Shown here piece after piece: positions 47,460 to 57,451 of a DNA stretch of 64,000 bases. Within the stretch, counting starts at the first letter, position 1, and every line of letters begins with the position of its first letter. The stretch lies in the NCBI GenBank assembly GCA_018667855.1, contig JABIRL010000080.1, positions 10,341 through 74,340 on the forward strand, read 5' to 3'. The position numbers and the translations under genes were made by a program. Source of the stretch: Rhodospirillaceae bacterium (GTDB taxonomy: Bacteria > Pseudomonadota > Alphaproteobacteria > GCA-2731375). The notes beneath the pieces were generated by a model. The model was not told where the DNA came from, made no database searches, and saw nothing but the letters and a program-made list of their open reading frames with translations.

Positions 47460-49070
47460 TCAATAACCTAGCGCGCAGCCGTCCTTGCGCGGATCAGAGG
47501 CGCCGGCGAGGGTGCCGTTTTCCCAATCGACGGCGATCAACTGGCCGCCGCCCCAGGGCATCTCCGGGCGCCCCACCTCATGGCCCAGGGCCTTTAGACC
47601 AGCCACGATGTCATCGCCCAGGCCGCGTTCCACATCCAGACGGCCCTCGACGTGAAATACCCTGGCGCTGTCGATGGCTTCCTGCGGGTCCATGCCGAAG
47701 TCGATCAGGTTGGTCAGCACGTGGGCATGACCGACCGGCTGATAGCCGCCGCCCATGATACCGTAGCAATAGGCGACTTTGCCGTCCTTCATGCACATAC
47801 CGGGGATAATGGTATGCAGCGGCCGTTTGCGCGGCGCCACGTTGTTGGGGTGTCCCGGATCAACCACAAATCCGGCGCCCCGGTTTTGCAACATGACGCC
47901 GGAGCGCGGCGCGGCGATGCCGGAACCAAACGGCATATAAAGCGAATTGATGAAAGAACAGGCGTTACGGTCCTTGTCCACCACGCTCATATAAATGGTA
48001 TCGCGATAGACGGGCCCGGTGGCTTCCGGCGCTTCAATGGCGCTGTCCAGGCTGATCTGCGCCCGCATTTCGGCCGCGAATTCCGCCGACAGCATATGCT
48101 CGACAGGCACATCGGCCTGGCGCTGGTCGGCGACAAAGCGGTCGCGGGCGGCATAGGCCATGCGCGAGGCCTCGGTCTCCAGATGCAGGCGCGCCACGCC
48201 ATTGGGGTCCATGCTGGCCAGATCATAGTCTTCCAGGATGTTCAACATCATCAGGGCGGTGATGCCCTGACCATTCGGCGGGATCTGCAACATGGTATGA
48301 CCGCGATAGCCCGTCGATATCGGCGTGACATATTCGCCGCGCATCTCCGCCAGATCGTCCAGGGCATGACAACCGCCCAGGCCGGAAAGATATTCCACTA
48401 TATCCTCGGCCACCCAACCTTCATAGAAGCCTTCGCGGCCCTTTTGGGCGACAGTGCGCAGGGTTTCGGCCAACTCCGGCAAACGCCAGATCTCCCCGGC
48501 TTTCGGCGCCCGGCCGTCTTTCAGGTATTTCGCCGCCGCCGAAGGATCGGCCGACAGCTTCGCCACATTGCGGTTCCAATCCACGGCGACGCGCGGTGTG
48601 ACCGCATAGCCGTTTTCGGCATAGTCGATGGCCGGCTGCAGGGCCTGGTCCAGGTCGATGGTGCCATGGTCGCGCAATAGCATGTCCCAGGCATCAATGG
48701 CGCCGGGTACGGATACGGCGTGGGGCGAGGTTATGGGGATGCTGTCGATACCCTGATCCAGCAAATGCTCCGCCGTCAGTCCCTTCGGCGCCCAGCCGGA
48801 GCCGTTCAGGCCGATCACCTCCGGCCCACCGCCGGGCGCCAGCAGGGCGAAACAGTCGCCGCCGATACCGGTCGACATGGGCTCCACCACGCATTGCACG
48901 GCACAGGCGGTGACGGCGGCGTCCACCGCATTGCCACCGCGGCGCAGCACATCCAGCGCGGCCAGCGTGCTGAGAGGGTGGGAGGTCGCCGCCATGCCAT
49001 TTTTGGTATGGACTGTTGAGCGGCCGGGAAGTTGTAAATCGCGCATGACTGGAACCTCATCAACAAACAA
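47460..49070 (-). CDS. ggt: gamma-glutamyltransferase family protein (no signal peptide)
   Basis: 536 aa; autoprocessing Thr region and GG oxyanion motif (GIMGGGYQPVGH). Confidence 0.85.
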   Translation of the reverse strand: MFVDEVPVMRDLQLPGRSTVHTKNGMAATSHPLSTLAALDVLRRGGNAVDAAVTACAVQCVVEPMSTGIGGDCFALLAPGGGPEVIGLNGSGWAPKGLTAEHLLDQGIDSIPITSPHAVSVPGAIDAWDMLLRDHGTIDLDQALQPAIDYAENGYAVTPRVAVDWNRNVAKLSADPSAAAKYLKDGRAPKAGEIWRLPELAETLRTVAQKGREGFYEGWVAEDIVEYLSGLGGCHALDDLAEMRGEYVTPISTGYRGHTMLQIPPNGQGITALMMLNILEDYDLASMDPNGVARLHLETEASRMAYAARDRFVADQRQADVPVEHMLSAEFAAEMRAQISLDSAIEAPEATGPVYRDTIYMSVVDKDRNACSFINSLYMPFGSGIAAPRSGVMLQNRGAGFVVDPGHPNNVAPRKRPLHTIIPGMCMKDGKVAYCYGIMGGGYQPVGHAHVLTNLIDFGMDPQEAIDSARVFHVEGRLDVERGLGDDIVAGLKALGHEVGRPEMPWGGGQLIAVDWENGTLAGASDPRKDGCALGY

Positions 49071-49164
49071 TTGGCCCGGATCTTGGGTTCACCCACCGGG
49101 CCGAAGTTGGCTTCATGCCAATCCGGTGCGGATTTGTCCAGGTCTGGTCAGGAAAAGGCCGGGG

Positions 49165-50157
49165 TCAGCCGAGTTTTTCCTTCATCAAGGCCATCAGGTC
49201 CGCTTCCGGACGGGCGCCCATATGTGAAATCACTTCAGCCGCGGCGATCCCCGCCATGCGGCCGCATTCGGGCAGCTCACGCCCGGCGGTCATGCCCGTC
49301 AAAAAGCCCGATGCGTACAGATCGCCGGCGCCTGTCGTATCAATAATCCTGTCCACAGGCTCGGCATCAATGATGTGCACTTCTTCGCCGGCGACGATGA
49401 CCGCGCCTTTTTCCGAACGGGTCAGCGCGGCAATCTCGCAATGACCCCGCACCGATTGCATGGCGGCGTCGAAATTATCGACCTGATACAGCGACGTAAT
49501 TTCATCTTCATTGGCGAACAGAATGTCCACATGATGCTCGACCAGATCAAGGAATTCGTCCCGGTGGCGATCGACGCAAAAACCATCCGACAGGCTCAAG
49601 GCCACTTTTCGGCCGGCGGCCCGGGCCGCGCCCATAGCCTTCAGAAAGGCTTCCTTGGCGCCTTCGGGATCCCAAAGATACCCCTCCAGGTAGGTGACGG
49701 CGGAGCTGGCGACCAGATCTTCATCCACGTCCTCCGGCCCCAGTTCAACACAGGCGCCCAGAAATGTATTCATGGTGCGTTTGGCATCCGGGGTGACGGA
49801 GATCAGGCAACGTGCCGTCGGCGCGCCGCCGGTAGCGGGCGCGGAATGAAAATCGACACCAACGGCGCGAATGTCGTGGGCGAATATCCGGCCAAGCTGG
49901 TCGTCCCGCACCTTGCCGACAAAACAGGATCGCCCCCCCAGAGCGGCGACCCCCGCCACTGTGTTCGCGGCCGAGCCCCCGGACCTTTCAGTGCCCGCCC
50001 CCATGGCGGCATAAAGCTCTTCGGCGCGGACCGCGTCGATCAATGTCATGGCGCCTTTGGCCATGTCATGTTCTTCTAAAAATGCATCTTCCGCCGGCGC
50101 GAGCACGTCAACAATTGCGTTGCCAATGCCAAGTACGTCGTAACTGATTTCCGCCAT
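49165..50157 (-). CDS. PfkB-family carbohydrate/adenosine kinase
   Basis: 330 aa; N-terminal GIGNAIVDV and C-terminal DTTGAGD motifs. Confidence 0.75.
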   Translation of the reverse strand: MAEISYDVLGIGNAIVDVLAPAEDAFLEEHDMAKGAMTLIDAVRAEELYAAMGAGTERSGGSAANTVAGVAALGGRSCFVGKVRDDQLGRIFAHDIRAVGVDFHSAPATGGAPTARCLISVTPDAKRTMNTFLGACVELGPEDVDEDLVASSAVTYLEGYLWDPEGAKEAFLKAMGAARAAGRKVALSLSDGFCVDRHRDEFLDLVEHHVDILFANEDEITSLYQVDNFDAAMQSVRGHCEIAALTRSEKGAVIVAGEEVHIIDAEPVDRIIDTTGAGDLYASGFLTGMTAGRELPECGRMAGIAAAEVISHMGARPEADLMALMKEKLG

Positions 50158-50253
50158 TGCTGCGTCTCACTCTTGCGATATTAGGCCCGCGCAGTATAGA
50201 AGGCACTTCGCAGGGTGCAAGCCAAGCCTGCAATAAATGGTTAGGAGGATCGT

Positions 50254-51681
50254 ATGACCGAATTGTGGCAAAAATCCGCCAACGAAATGGTGACGTTGCT
50301 GAAGGGCGGCCAGATCCGGCCCAGCGAAGCGGTGGATGCCGCAGCCCAACGGATTGAGGCGACCAACGGCGCGGTCAATTCCATGGTTACGCTCTGTCTG
50401 GACCGGGCGCAGGACTATGCCGCACGGATCGAGGCCCAGGGACACCCCGAGCGGCCGGGGCCTGGCTATCTGTATGGCTTGCCGATCTCGGTTAAGGATC
50501 TTCAACACGTGGAGGGCGTGCTTTGTACCGAAGGTTCACCCATTTATGCTGATCGTGTTTCACCCGAATCGGACATGCTGGTACAGAGCCTGGAAAATAA
50601 TGGCGCCATTGTTGTCGGTAAATCCAACACCCCGGAATTCGGCGCCGGCGCCAACACCTTCAATGAAGTCTTCGGCGCCACCCTTAACCCGTGGGATACG
50701 CGCATGACCTGCGGCGGCTCTTCCGGCGGCGCGGCCGTCAGTCTGGCCACCGGCCAGACCTGGCTGGCCACGGGTAGCGATTTGGGCGGCTCCCTTCGCA
50801 TTCCCGGCGCCTTTTGTTCCGTGGTCGGCTTTCGCCCCAGCCCCGGGCGCTGTCCGCGCGGTACCTCGACCTATCTGGGCCGTTTCAATGATCTGGGGGT
50901 GGTTGGGCCCATGGCCCGCAACGTCGCCGATGTGGCCCTGATGCTGGACGCCATGGTGGGTCAGTATGCCCACGACCCGATCTCCCTGCCGGTACCGAAC
51001 GAGCCGTTTCAACAGGCCGCACAGACCGCCACGCCGCCGCGGCGGATCGGGTGGAGCGCCACGCTGGGCATTGCGCCCGTTGAACCGGAAGTTGCTGAAA
51101 TATGCGCCGCCGCGGCCGCTTCTTTTGGCGATCTTGGCACCGATGTGGATGAAGCCACCCCGGATTTCACCGGTGCCACCGAGATGTTTCTGGCATTTCG
51201 CGGCGCCATGTTCGTCGCCGGCCACGGCCGCCATATAGCCGAACATCGCGACCAGTTGAAACCGGAAGTGATCTGGAATTACGAATACGGCCTGGCCCGC
51301 ACGCCCGAGGATATGGCCCGGGCGCAACTGACCAGGGCCCGCATTCATGTCAGCATGTGCGAATTTTTTGAGACCTATGATTTGCTGGTGACCCCAACCG
51401 TGATGACGCCGCCCTTCCCGGTGGAGACCCGTTATCTGGAAGAAGTCGCCGGCGTGAAATTCGACAATTATATTGAATGGCTGATGCATACCTTTGTCAT
51501 CACGCCGTCGGGTTGTCCGGCCGTCTCCATTCCGTGCGGTTTCACCAAGGATGGACTGCCGGTCGGTTTGCAACTCGTCGCACCCCCTCGGGGCGAGGCG
51601 GCGTTACTTTCAGCCGCCGCGGCGTTCGAAGCGAACCAGCGTTTGCAATGGCAAACACCAATCGATCCGCGTGTGAAATGA
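50254..51681 (+). CDS. amidase (amidase-signature family)
   Basis: 475 aa; GGSSGGAAVSLATG signature. Confidence 0.85.
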   Translation: MTELWQKSANEMVTLLKGGQIRPSEAVDAAAQRIEATNGAVNSMVTLCLDRAQDYAARIEAQGHPERPGPGYLYGLPISVKDLQHVEGVLCTEGSPIYADRVSPESDMLVQSLENNGAIVVGKSNTPEFGAGANTFNEVFGATLNPWDTRMTCGGSSGGAAVSLATGQTWLATGSDLGGSLRIPGAFCSVVGFRPSPGRCPRGTSTYLGRFNDLGVVGPMARNVADVALMLDAMVGQYAHDPISLPVPNEPFQQAAQTATPPRRIGWSATLGIAPVEPEVAEICAAAAASFGDLGTDVDEATPDFTGATEMFLAFRGAMFVAGHGRHIAEHRDQLKPEVIWNYEYGLARTPEDMARAQLTRARIHVSMCEFFETYDLLVTPTVMTPPFPVETRYLEEVAGVKFDNYIEWLMHTFVITPSGCPAVSIPCGFTKDGLPVGLQLVAPPRGEAALLSAAAAFEANQRLQWQTPIDPRVK

Positions 51682-51798
51682 AATTGTATTCCGCATAAGT
51701 GAATGTCACCCTTCTAATTTGGGTCGGGGTGCTTACATCTCCCTGAACCGACACTTGATCGATGCTTGATCGACAATCGTTAGCAAAAGGGCCAATGC

Positions 51799-52494
51799 AT
51801 GCTGTTCCACGCCGCCGCTCTTACCCTGGGACAAATCGCCGACCCGGTATTTCGGGGTGTGGTGATCAAAAGCGTTCTGTTCACACTCTGCCTGTTCACC
51901 GGTTTGACCGTGGTGTTCTATATGGCCCGCCCGGACGTTACCTATTTTGAATGGGAATGGCTGAACAGCCTCGCCGAAGTTGGCGGCTCTCTTGCCTTTT
52001 TTGCTTTCCTGGTCCTGTCATTTTCAATGACCGCAACTTTGATCGGCGGCATCTTCCTGGACGATATCGCCGAAGCGGTTGAAAGCCGCCATTATCCGGG
52101 CGGACCACCCGGTCGATCGGCTGAGTTTTCAAAAACCCTGGCGGTTTCCATCCGGTTTATCGGCGTGACGATATTACTGAATGTGATCGCCCTGCCGCTT
52201 TATTTGATTGCGCTGTTGTTTCCCCCGCTTTTTGCCTGTATTTTCTATGGCTTAAACGGTTATCTTCTATCTCGAGAGTATTTTGAGCTTGTAAGCCTTA
52301 GACATCAGGATGTAAAAGCGGCTCAGCAGTTGCGAAAGGCTAACAGACTTAAGGTTTTCTTGGCTGGTGTCGTTATCGCATTCCTGATTACGGTGCCAAT
52401 CGTTAATTTGTTCGTACCGATCTTGGCCACCGCGTTCATGTTGCATATTTTCAAGGCCCTGCAGGGAACAAGATCAGTTGAAACCGTGTCCTGA
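51799..52494 (+). CDS. EI24/CysZ-like integral membrane protein
   Basis: 231 aa, 4-5 TMS, loose similarity to the CysZ/EI24 domain. Confidence 0.45.
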   Translation: MLFHAAALTLGQIADPVFRGVVIKSVLFTLCLFTGLTVVFYMARPDVTYFEWEWLNSLAEVGGSLAFFAFLVLSFSMTATLIGGIFLDDIAEAVESRHYPGGPPGRSAEFSKTLAVSIRFIGVTILLNVIALPLYLIALLFPPLFACIFYGLNGYLLSREYFELVSLRHQDVKAAQQLRKANRLKVFLAGVVIAFLITVPIVNLFVPILATAFMLHIFKALQGTRSVETVS

Positions 52495-52552
52495 GTGTCA
52501 CATCGTCATTTGACGCATCAGGATTGCAACCGATAGGAACAGGAAACAGAGC

Positions 52553-53035
52553 ATGGCTAACGAAGAGGGCACCACAAGCGCATCGTCCACATTTCGCCCC
52601 GAAATCACCCGTCGCTTGCCCGATCTTCGCGGCGGTCCACTCGGCGGCCAGCCCGATACAGCTAATGAAAGCGGCAACAAGCTGATTGTTGGCCAGGATA
52701 TTGTCCTGAATGGACAAATTACCGCCTGCGATCAATTGGTGGTCGAGGGCCGGGTGGAGGCAGCCCTGGAAAATTCCCAATCCATCGAAATCTCCGAGAC
52801 CGGCTTCTTCAAAGGTTCGGCTGTGATCGAGGAAGCCACGATCAGTGGCAATTTTGAGGGCAATTTGACCGTGCGCGGCGAGTTGACGGTCAAGGCCACG
52901 GGCCGCATCCAGGGCGAAATCCGCTACGGCAAACTGTGCATCGAATCGGGTGGTCAGATTATCGGCACGGTTGAAGCCTTACCGGGCGGCAATGTTGCGT
53001 CCGTGACGCCGGCAGCCGTGGGCGAGGATGGTTGA
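52553..53035 (+). CDS. bactofilin family cytoskeletal protein
   Basis: 160 aa; beta-helical repeat pattern (GxV.G.I....L.V.G.V.G). Confidence 0.8.
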   Translation: MANEEGTTSASSTFRPEITRRLPDLRGGPLGGQPDTANESGNKLIVGQDIVLNGQITACDQLVVEGRVEAALENSQSIEISETGFFKGSAVIEEATISGNFEGNLTVRGELTVKATGRIQGEIRYGKLCIESGGQIIGTVEALPGGNVASVTPAAVGEDG

Positions 53036-53688
53036 CCCCGTTGCGACGAATGAATTCATGCATGGTTCCTAAGGGCATATTTGCGCCCTATCTTTGCCTG
53101 ACCGCGGGATTATGGTTGGCCGCCTGTACCGGCGACCAGGCGGCCGGACCGATTGAACGGCCGGTCGCACATGTGCCGGACACGGCCTATGAAGTGCCTG
53201 ATGGCACCACCGTGCCCAGCCCCGCGCCCACCTACGAACCACGGCGTCATTCACCACGAACGCCGCAAACACCAGTACTGAACGCTGATCCCGTTACCCG
53301 CCCGGCCGAGTTGTTTCGGCCGCCCACGGTCACCCAACCCGCCGTACGGCCGGAACCGGCGCCCGATACCCGACCGCGGCCACAAATGAAATTGCGGCAG
53401 CTGGTTGGCCTCGACCGGAATGGTTTGTCACAATTGCTGGGAAAACCGACGCTGTTGCGCCGTGAGACACAGGCTGAGGTCTGGCAATATGCCGCTAAGA
53501 ATTGCGCCCTGCATGTATTTCTCTATCGCAGCGATAACGACGGCCCCTATCAGGTGGCTTATGTAACGGCGACCCGGCGCAGCCAGCCGCAGGCCCTGCA
53601 ACCCGCCGGCACAGCGGCCCTGCCATTTCAAAACAGATGCCTCGGCCGCCTTCTCCACAGGTTCACGACCGCGAATAAAACCAGCTGA
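53032..53688 (+). CDS. hypothetical Pro-rich lipoprotein, translationally coupled to bactofilin
   Basis: ATGA overlap with the bactofilin stop; lipobox LAAC; Pro/Thr-rich linker. Confidence 0.45.
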   Translation: MTPLRRMNSCMVPKGIFAPYLCLTAGLWLAACTGDQAAGPIERPVAHVPDTAYEVPDGTTVPSPAPTYEPRRHSPRTPQTPVLNADPVTRPAELFRPPTVTQPAVRPEPAPDTRPRPQMKLRQLVGLDRNGLSQLLGKPTLLRRETQAEVWQYAAKNCALHVFLYRSDNDGPYQVAYVTATRRSQPQALQPAGTAALPFQNRCLGRLLHRFTTANKTS

Positions 53689-53703
53689 ACGGTCGCCAAA
53701 GCA

Positions 53704-54591
53704 CTACTCAGCCATCGACAGCACCGCGTCCGCGAACGCTTCCGGTGCTTCCTGGGGTAAATTATGGCCGACGCTGGGAATGACATCCCGCCGATAGGCA
53801 CCGGAGAAGAAGCGTTCGTGACCGGCGCAGCCCTGGGACGACATGACGCCGTCGCCGGCTCCGTCCATGGCGATCGTGGGGACCGTTATCAGGGGGCGTT
53901 CGGCTAAACGGGCCTCTATCTCCGCCACCGCCGGATCGCCCGCTACCAAGGCATAGCGGTGGCGGTAGGAATGGATCACCACCGCGACAAAATCCGGATT
54001 CTCGAAAGATGCCGCCGTGCGGTCGTATGTGGCATCGTCAAAGGTCCAGTTGGGCGACCAGAGCCGCCACAACAACTTGCAATAAGGATGGCGGTTCGCT
54101 TCCAGGCCGGCGCGTCCGCGCTCGCTGTGAAAATAATACTGGTACCAGAACTTATGCTCCATCTCGGGCGGCGCGGGGCGATTGGAACCGGCGATATTCT
54201 GGATGTTATAGCCGTTGCAGCTGACCAGACCGGCGACCCGTTCCGGCCATAGGGCGGCAACGACGCAGGCGGCGCGTCCGCCCCAATCATAGCCGCCCAG
54301 GACAGCCCGCTCCATGCCCAGGGCATCCATCAGAGCGCGTAGATCATCACCCAGAGCGGCCTGTTCGCCGGAGCGGGGGGTCGCGGCAGAGAGAAACCGC
54401 GTCGGGCCATAGCCGCGTAGATAGGGCACGATTACCCGGCAGCCGGCAGCCGCCAGACACGGCGCGACCTCATCATAGGCGTGAATATCATAGGGGAAAC
54501 CGTGCAGCAGGATGACGGCCCGGCCAGCCGGCGGCCCCCATTCCTGGTACGCCACATTCAGAATTCCGGCATCTATGAAGTTGACTTCCAT
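53704..54591 (-). CDS. alpha/beta hydrolase (epoxide hydrolase/haloalkane dehalogenase-like)
   Basis: 295 aa; HGFP motif and nucleophile elbow GYDWGG. Confidence 0.8.
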   Translation of the reverse strand: MEVNFIDAGILNVAYQEWGPPAGRAVILLHGFPYDIHAYDEVAPCLAAAGCRVIVPYLRGYGPTRFLSAATPRSGEQAALGDDLRALMDALGMERAVLGGYDWGGRAACVVAALWPERVAGLVSCNGYNIQNIAGSNRPAPPEMEHKFWYQYYFHSERGRAGLEANRHPYCKLLWRLWSPNWTFDDATYDRTAASFENPDFVAVVIHSYRHRYALVAGDPAVAEIEARLAERPLITVPTIAMDGAGDGVMSSQGCAGHERFFSGAYRRDVIPSVGHNLPQEAPEAFADAVLSMAE

Positions 54592-55017
54592 CTATTCCAG
54601 TTCCCGGATCAAGGTGATGATATTCTGTCCGTCTACGCGGCGGTAGTTAGCGCCATGCACCAGGTTGCGGACCAGGTGAATGCCAAGGCCGGCAACTTCC
54701 CGTTCCTCGATCGGCAGTTCGACGTTAGGCGTCGCCGCGCTCAGGGGATCAAACGGGATGCCGTCATCCGTGATCGTAACATGCACCTCCGCACCGAGAC
54801 GCGCCATGACAATCGCGATCTCGTGGCGGCCCCGGTCCGGATAGCCGTAAAAGATGATGTTGGACAGCATTTCATCGAAGATCAGGCTGAAACGGGTGAT
54901 GGTGGCGGACGGCACGGCACAGGCGGCGGCGAAGCTCGCGAAGGCACTGGTAACCGTGGCGATTTCAGCCAAGTCGTTCAAGATCACGATCTGCCGTTCG
55001 GCGTTTTGTTCCGTCAT
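54592..55017 (-). CDS. ATP-binding anti-sigma-factor-like protein (HATPase_c_2, RsbW/serine kinase type)
   Basis: Start at MTEQNAERQ; N-box-like EMLSNIIFYG and G-box-like DDGIPFDP; stop abuts the hydrolase start (0-nt gap). Confidence 0.55.
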   Translation of the reverse strand: MTEQNAERQIVILNDLAEIATVTSAFASFAAACAVPSATITRFSLIFDEMLSNIIFYGYPDRGRHEIAIVMARLGAEVHVTITDDGIPFDPLSAATPNVELPIEEREVAGLGIHLVRNLVHGANYRRVDGQNIITLIRELE

Positions 55018-55236
55018 TCCATCGTACCCGTCGCGACGCCCTCCAACCATCAAAACGACCGCGCCGGCCAGCGTAGAGCAATTTTCGCTCGCATGGAATC
55101 GCGAAGCGATTCTAAGTATTTGCAAAATTTACCCTGCTTCGTAGGCACCAGAACATAATCGTCCCCCTGGGCAATCCTTCCTGATCGGGTAAGATATGCC
55201 GCAACAACCAAATTCAAAACGTAAGAGAGACAAAAA

Positions 55237-56205
55237 ATGAAAAAGCGCGTCATGGTGCAATTGCCGATCAGCGACGGCCTGAAAGCCGTATTTGATGGTC
55301 GGGATGATATTGAAGTTGAGCTTTTCACTGAACTGAGCGAAGACAATATTTTTCAGCATATCGGCAATTACGATGCCGTGATCCTGGGCATCGCGCCGCT
55401 GACCCCGCGCCTGATCGAGGCGGCGGACAAGCTGAAGATCGCCTCGCGGTTCGGCGTCGGCTATGACGCGGTCAATGTCCCGGCCCTGACGAAAGCGGGC
55501 ATACCGTTGTCCATCGCCGGCATCGCCAATTCGGTTACGGTCGCCGAACATGCGGTCTTTTTCATGCTGGCCCTGGCCAAACAGGCCATTGCCTATGACC
55601 GGGAAACCCGCACGGGGAATTGGGGCGTGCGCTGGGACTTTCCGGCGTTCGATCTGGCCGGGCGCACCGCCATGGTCCTTGGCTTCGGCAAGATCGGGCG
55701 GCGTCTGGTTAATCGCCTTGTCGCGATGGAGATGAATGTGCTGGTGCATGACCCCTATGTGATCCAAGACGGCATCGTCACCGCCGGGGCCACGCCCGTT
55801 GATGACTGGCGCGGCATGCTGGGTGAGATCGATTTCCTGTCCATCAACTGCATGAAGAACGAGGAAACCAACGGCATGGTCGGCTCGGCTGAATTGGCCG
55901 CCATGAAAAAAACCGCCTACGTGGTGAACACCGCCCGTGGCGGCATCGTGGACGAGGCGGCGCTTTACGATGCCCTGAAATCCAACAGCATCGCGGGCGC
56001 CGGGATCGATCCGTTCGTGGTGGAACCGGCCACGGTGGACAATCCCCTGTTTGAACTGGACAACATTATCGTCTCGCCCCATTCCGCCGGGGTGACCAAG
56101 GAATCAGTCTTCCGCATGGGCCAGATCGCGGCGCAGAATGTGGTCGACTGTTTCGACGGCAAGCTGGATCCCGCCAACGTCATCAACCAGGAAGTGTTGA
56201 AATAA
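55237..56205 (+). CDS. D-isomer-specific 2-hydroxyacid dehydrogenase (PGDH-like)
   Basis: GFGKIGRRL NAD motif and catalytic R/E/H arrangement. Confidence 0.85.
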   Translation: MKKRVMVQLPISDGLKAVFDGRDDIEVELFTELSEDNIFQHIGNYDAVILGIAPLTPRLIEAADKLKIASRFGVGYDAVNVPALTKAGIPLSIAGIANSVTVAEHAVFFMLALAKQAIAYDRETRTGNWGVRWDFPAFDLAGRTAMVLGFGKIGRRLVNRLVAMEMNVLVHDPYVIQDGIVTAGATPVDDWRGMLGEIDFLSINCMKNEETNGMVGSAELAAMKKTAYVVNTARGGIVDEAALYDALKSNSIAGAGIDPFVVEPATVDNPLFELDNIIVSPHSAGVTKESVFRMGQIAAQNVVDCFDGKLDPANVINQEVLK

Positions 56206-56209
56206 CGTC

Positions 56210-57451
56210 ATGCGCAAGGTTTTCCCCAAGACCGGCATCGACTGGCCGGCGCTGGAGGCGGAAATGGCCGCCCTGTCCGATGAGGATATCGACTGGCGCC
56301 ATGGCCGCGCGCCCCTGTACGTCTTTCATGGCAGCGATAGCGCTTATGAAGTCGGCCGCCAGGCATTCATGAAGTACTTTTCAGAGAATGCCCTGGGCGG
56401 TCGGCGGGCATTCTTCGGCCTGAAGCGCATGGAGGATGAAGTGATCGAGATGGGTTTGGACCTGTTCCAGGCCCCGGACGGCGCGGTCGGCAATATGTCG
56501 ACGGGCGGCAGCGAAAGCATCTTCATGGCGGTCAAGGCCTGTCGGGATTGGGCCCGCGGCCAAACCCGCCTGAAAGAGCCGTTCAACATTATTGCGCCGT
56601 TCACGGCCCATGCCGCCTTCAACAAGGCCGCCGACGTGATGGACCTGGAAGTACGCCGCCTGGATACGGCTGCGGACCGCCGCGCCGATGTGGGCGCCAT
56701 GGCGGCGGCTGTTGACGATAGCACCATCATGGTGGTCGGCTCGGCGCCATGTTTTCCCCATGGCGTCATCGACCACATTGAGGAGCTGAGCGCGCTGGCG
56801 TTGGATCGGGATATCTGGCTGCATGTGGATGCCTGCGTTGGCGGCTACGTGGCGCCGTTTTTCCAGCGCATGGGCCGGCGGATACCTCTCTATGATTTCG
56901 CCCTGCCGGGCGTGCGTACCTTGTCGGCCGATCTGCACAAATTCGGCTTTTGCCCGAAGCCAGCCTCGACCCTGTTCTATCGCCTTGAGGAGGACCGGGA
57001 GCGCGGCCTGTTCCATTTCGATCAATGGCCAAATGGTCAGTTTTCAACCGCGACGTTGTCGGGCACCCGGGCCGGCGGTGCGGTAGCGGCGGCCTGGGCG
57101 GTCATGCATCATCTGGGCGTGGACGGCTATACCGCCATCGCCCGTGACCTGGCGGCAATGGCGGATGCCTATGTGTCCGGGATCAAGGCCATTGACGGCC
57201 TATACCTGGTGGCTGACCCGGATCTGACCATCATCAATTTCGCGGCGGACGATTTCGATATCTTCTCCGTGGCCGAAGCCATGGGCACCCGCGGCTGGCT
57301 GCCTGGCCTGACCCAGAATCCGAAAGGCATGCATGCCATGCTGTCCATGTTCCACGAAACCGGACGAGAGGAATATCTGGCCGATCTGGAAAGTTGCGTC
57401 GAGCAGGTCAAGGGTACGAACAGCCAATCGGGCCTAAAGGCCGTCTATTGA
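56210..57451 (+). CDS. PLP-dependent group II decarboxylase / sphingosine-1-phosphate-lyase-like enzyme
   Basis: 413 aa; STGGSESI motif and DLHKFG PLP-lysine motif. Confidence 0.55.
   Translation: MRKVFPKTGIDWPALEAEMAALSDEDIDWRHGRAPLYVFHGSDSAYEVGRQAFMKYFSENALGGRRAFFGLKRMEDEVIEMGLDLFQAPDGAVGNMSTGGSESIFMAVKACRDWARGQTRLKEPFNIIAPFTAHAAFNKAADVMDLEVRRLDTAADRRADVGAMAAAVDDSTIMVVGSAPCFPHGVIDHIEELSALALDRDIWLHVDACVGGYVAPFFQRMGRRIPLYDFALPGVRTLSADLHKFGFCPKPASTLFYRLEEDRERGLFHFDQWPNGQFSTATLSGTRAGGAVAAAWAVMHHLGVDGYTAIARDLAAMADAYVSGIKAIDGLYLVADPDLTIINFAADDFDIFSVAEAMGTRGWLPGLTQNPKGMHAMLSMFHETGREEYLADLESCVEQVKGTNSQSGLKAVY

Noticed and set aside
51740-51770. Short direct repeat CTTGATCGA-TG-CTTGATCGA upstream of the EI24-like gene
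   Set aside because: Too short (9 bp x2) to call a regulatory site without motif support; could be chance.
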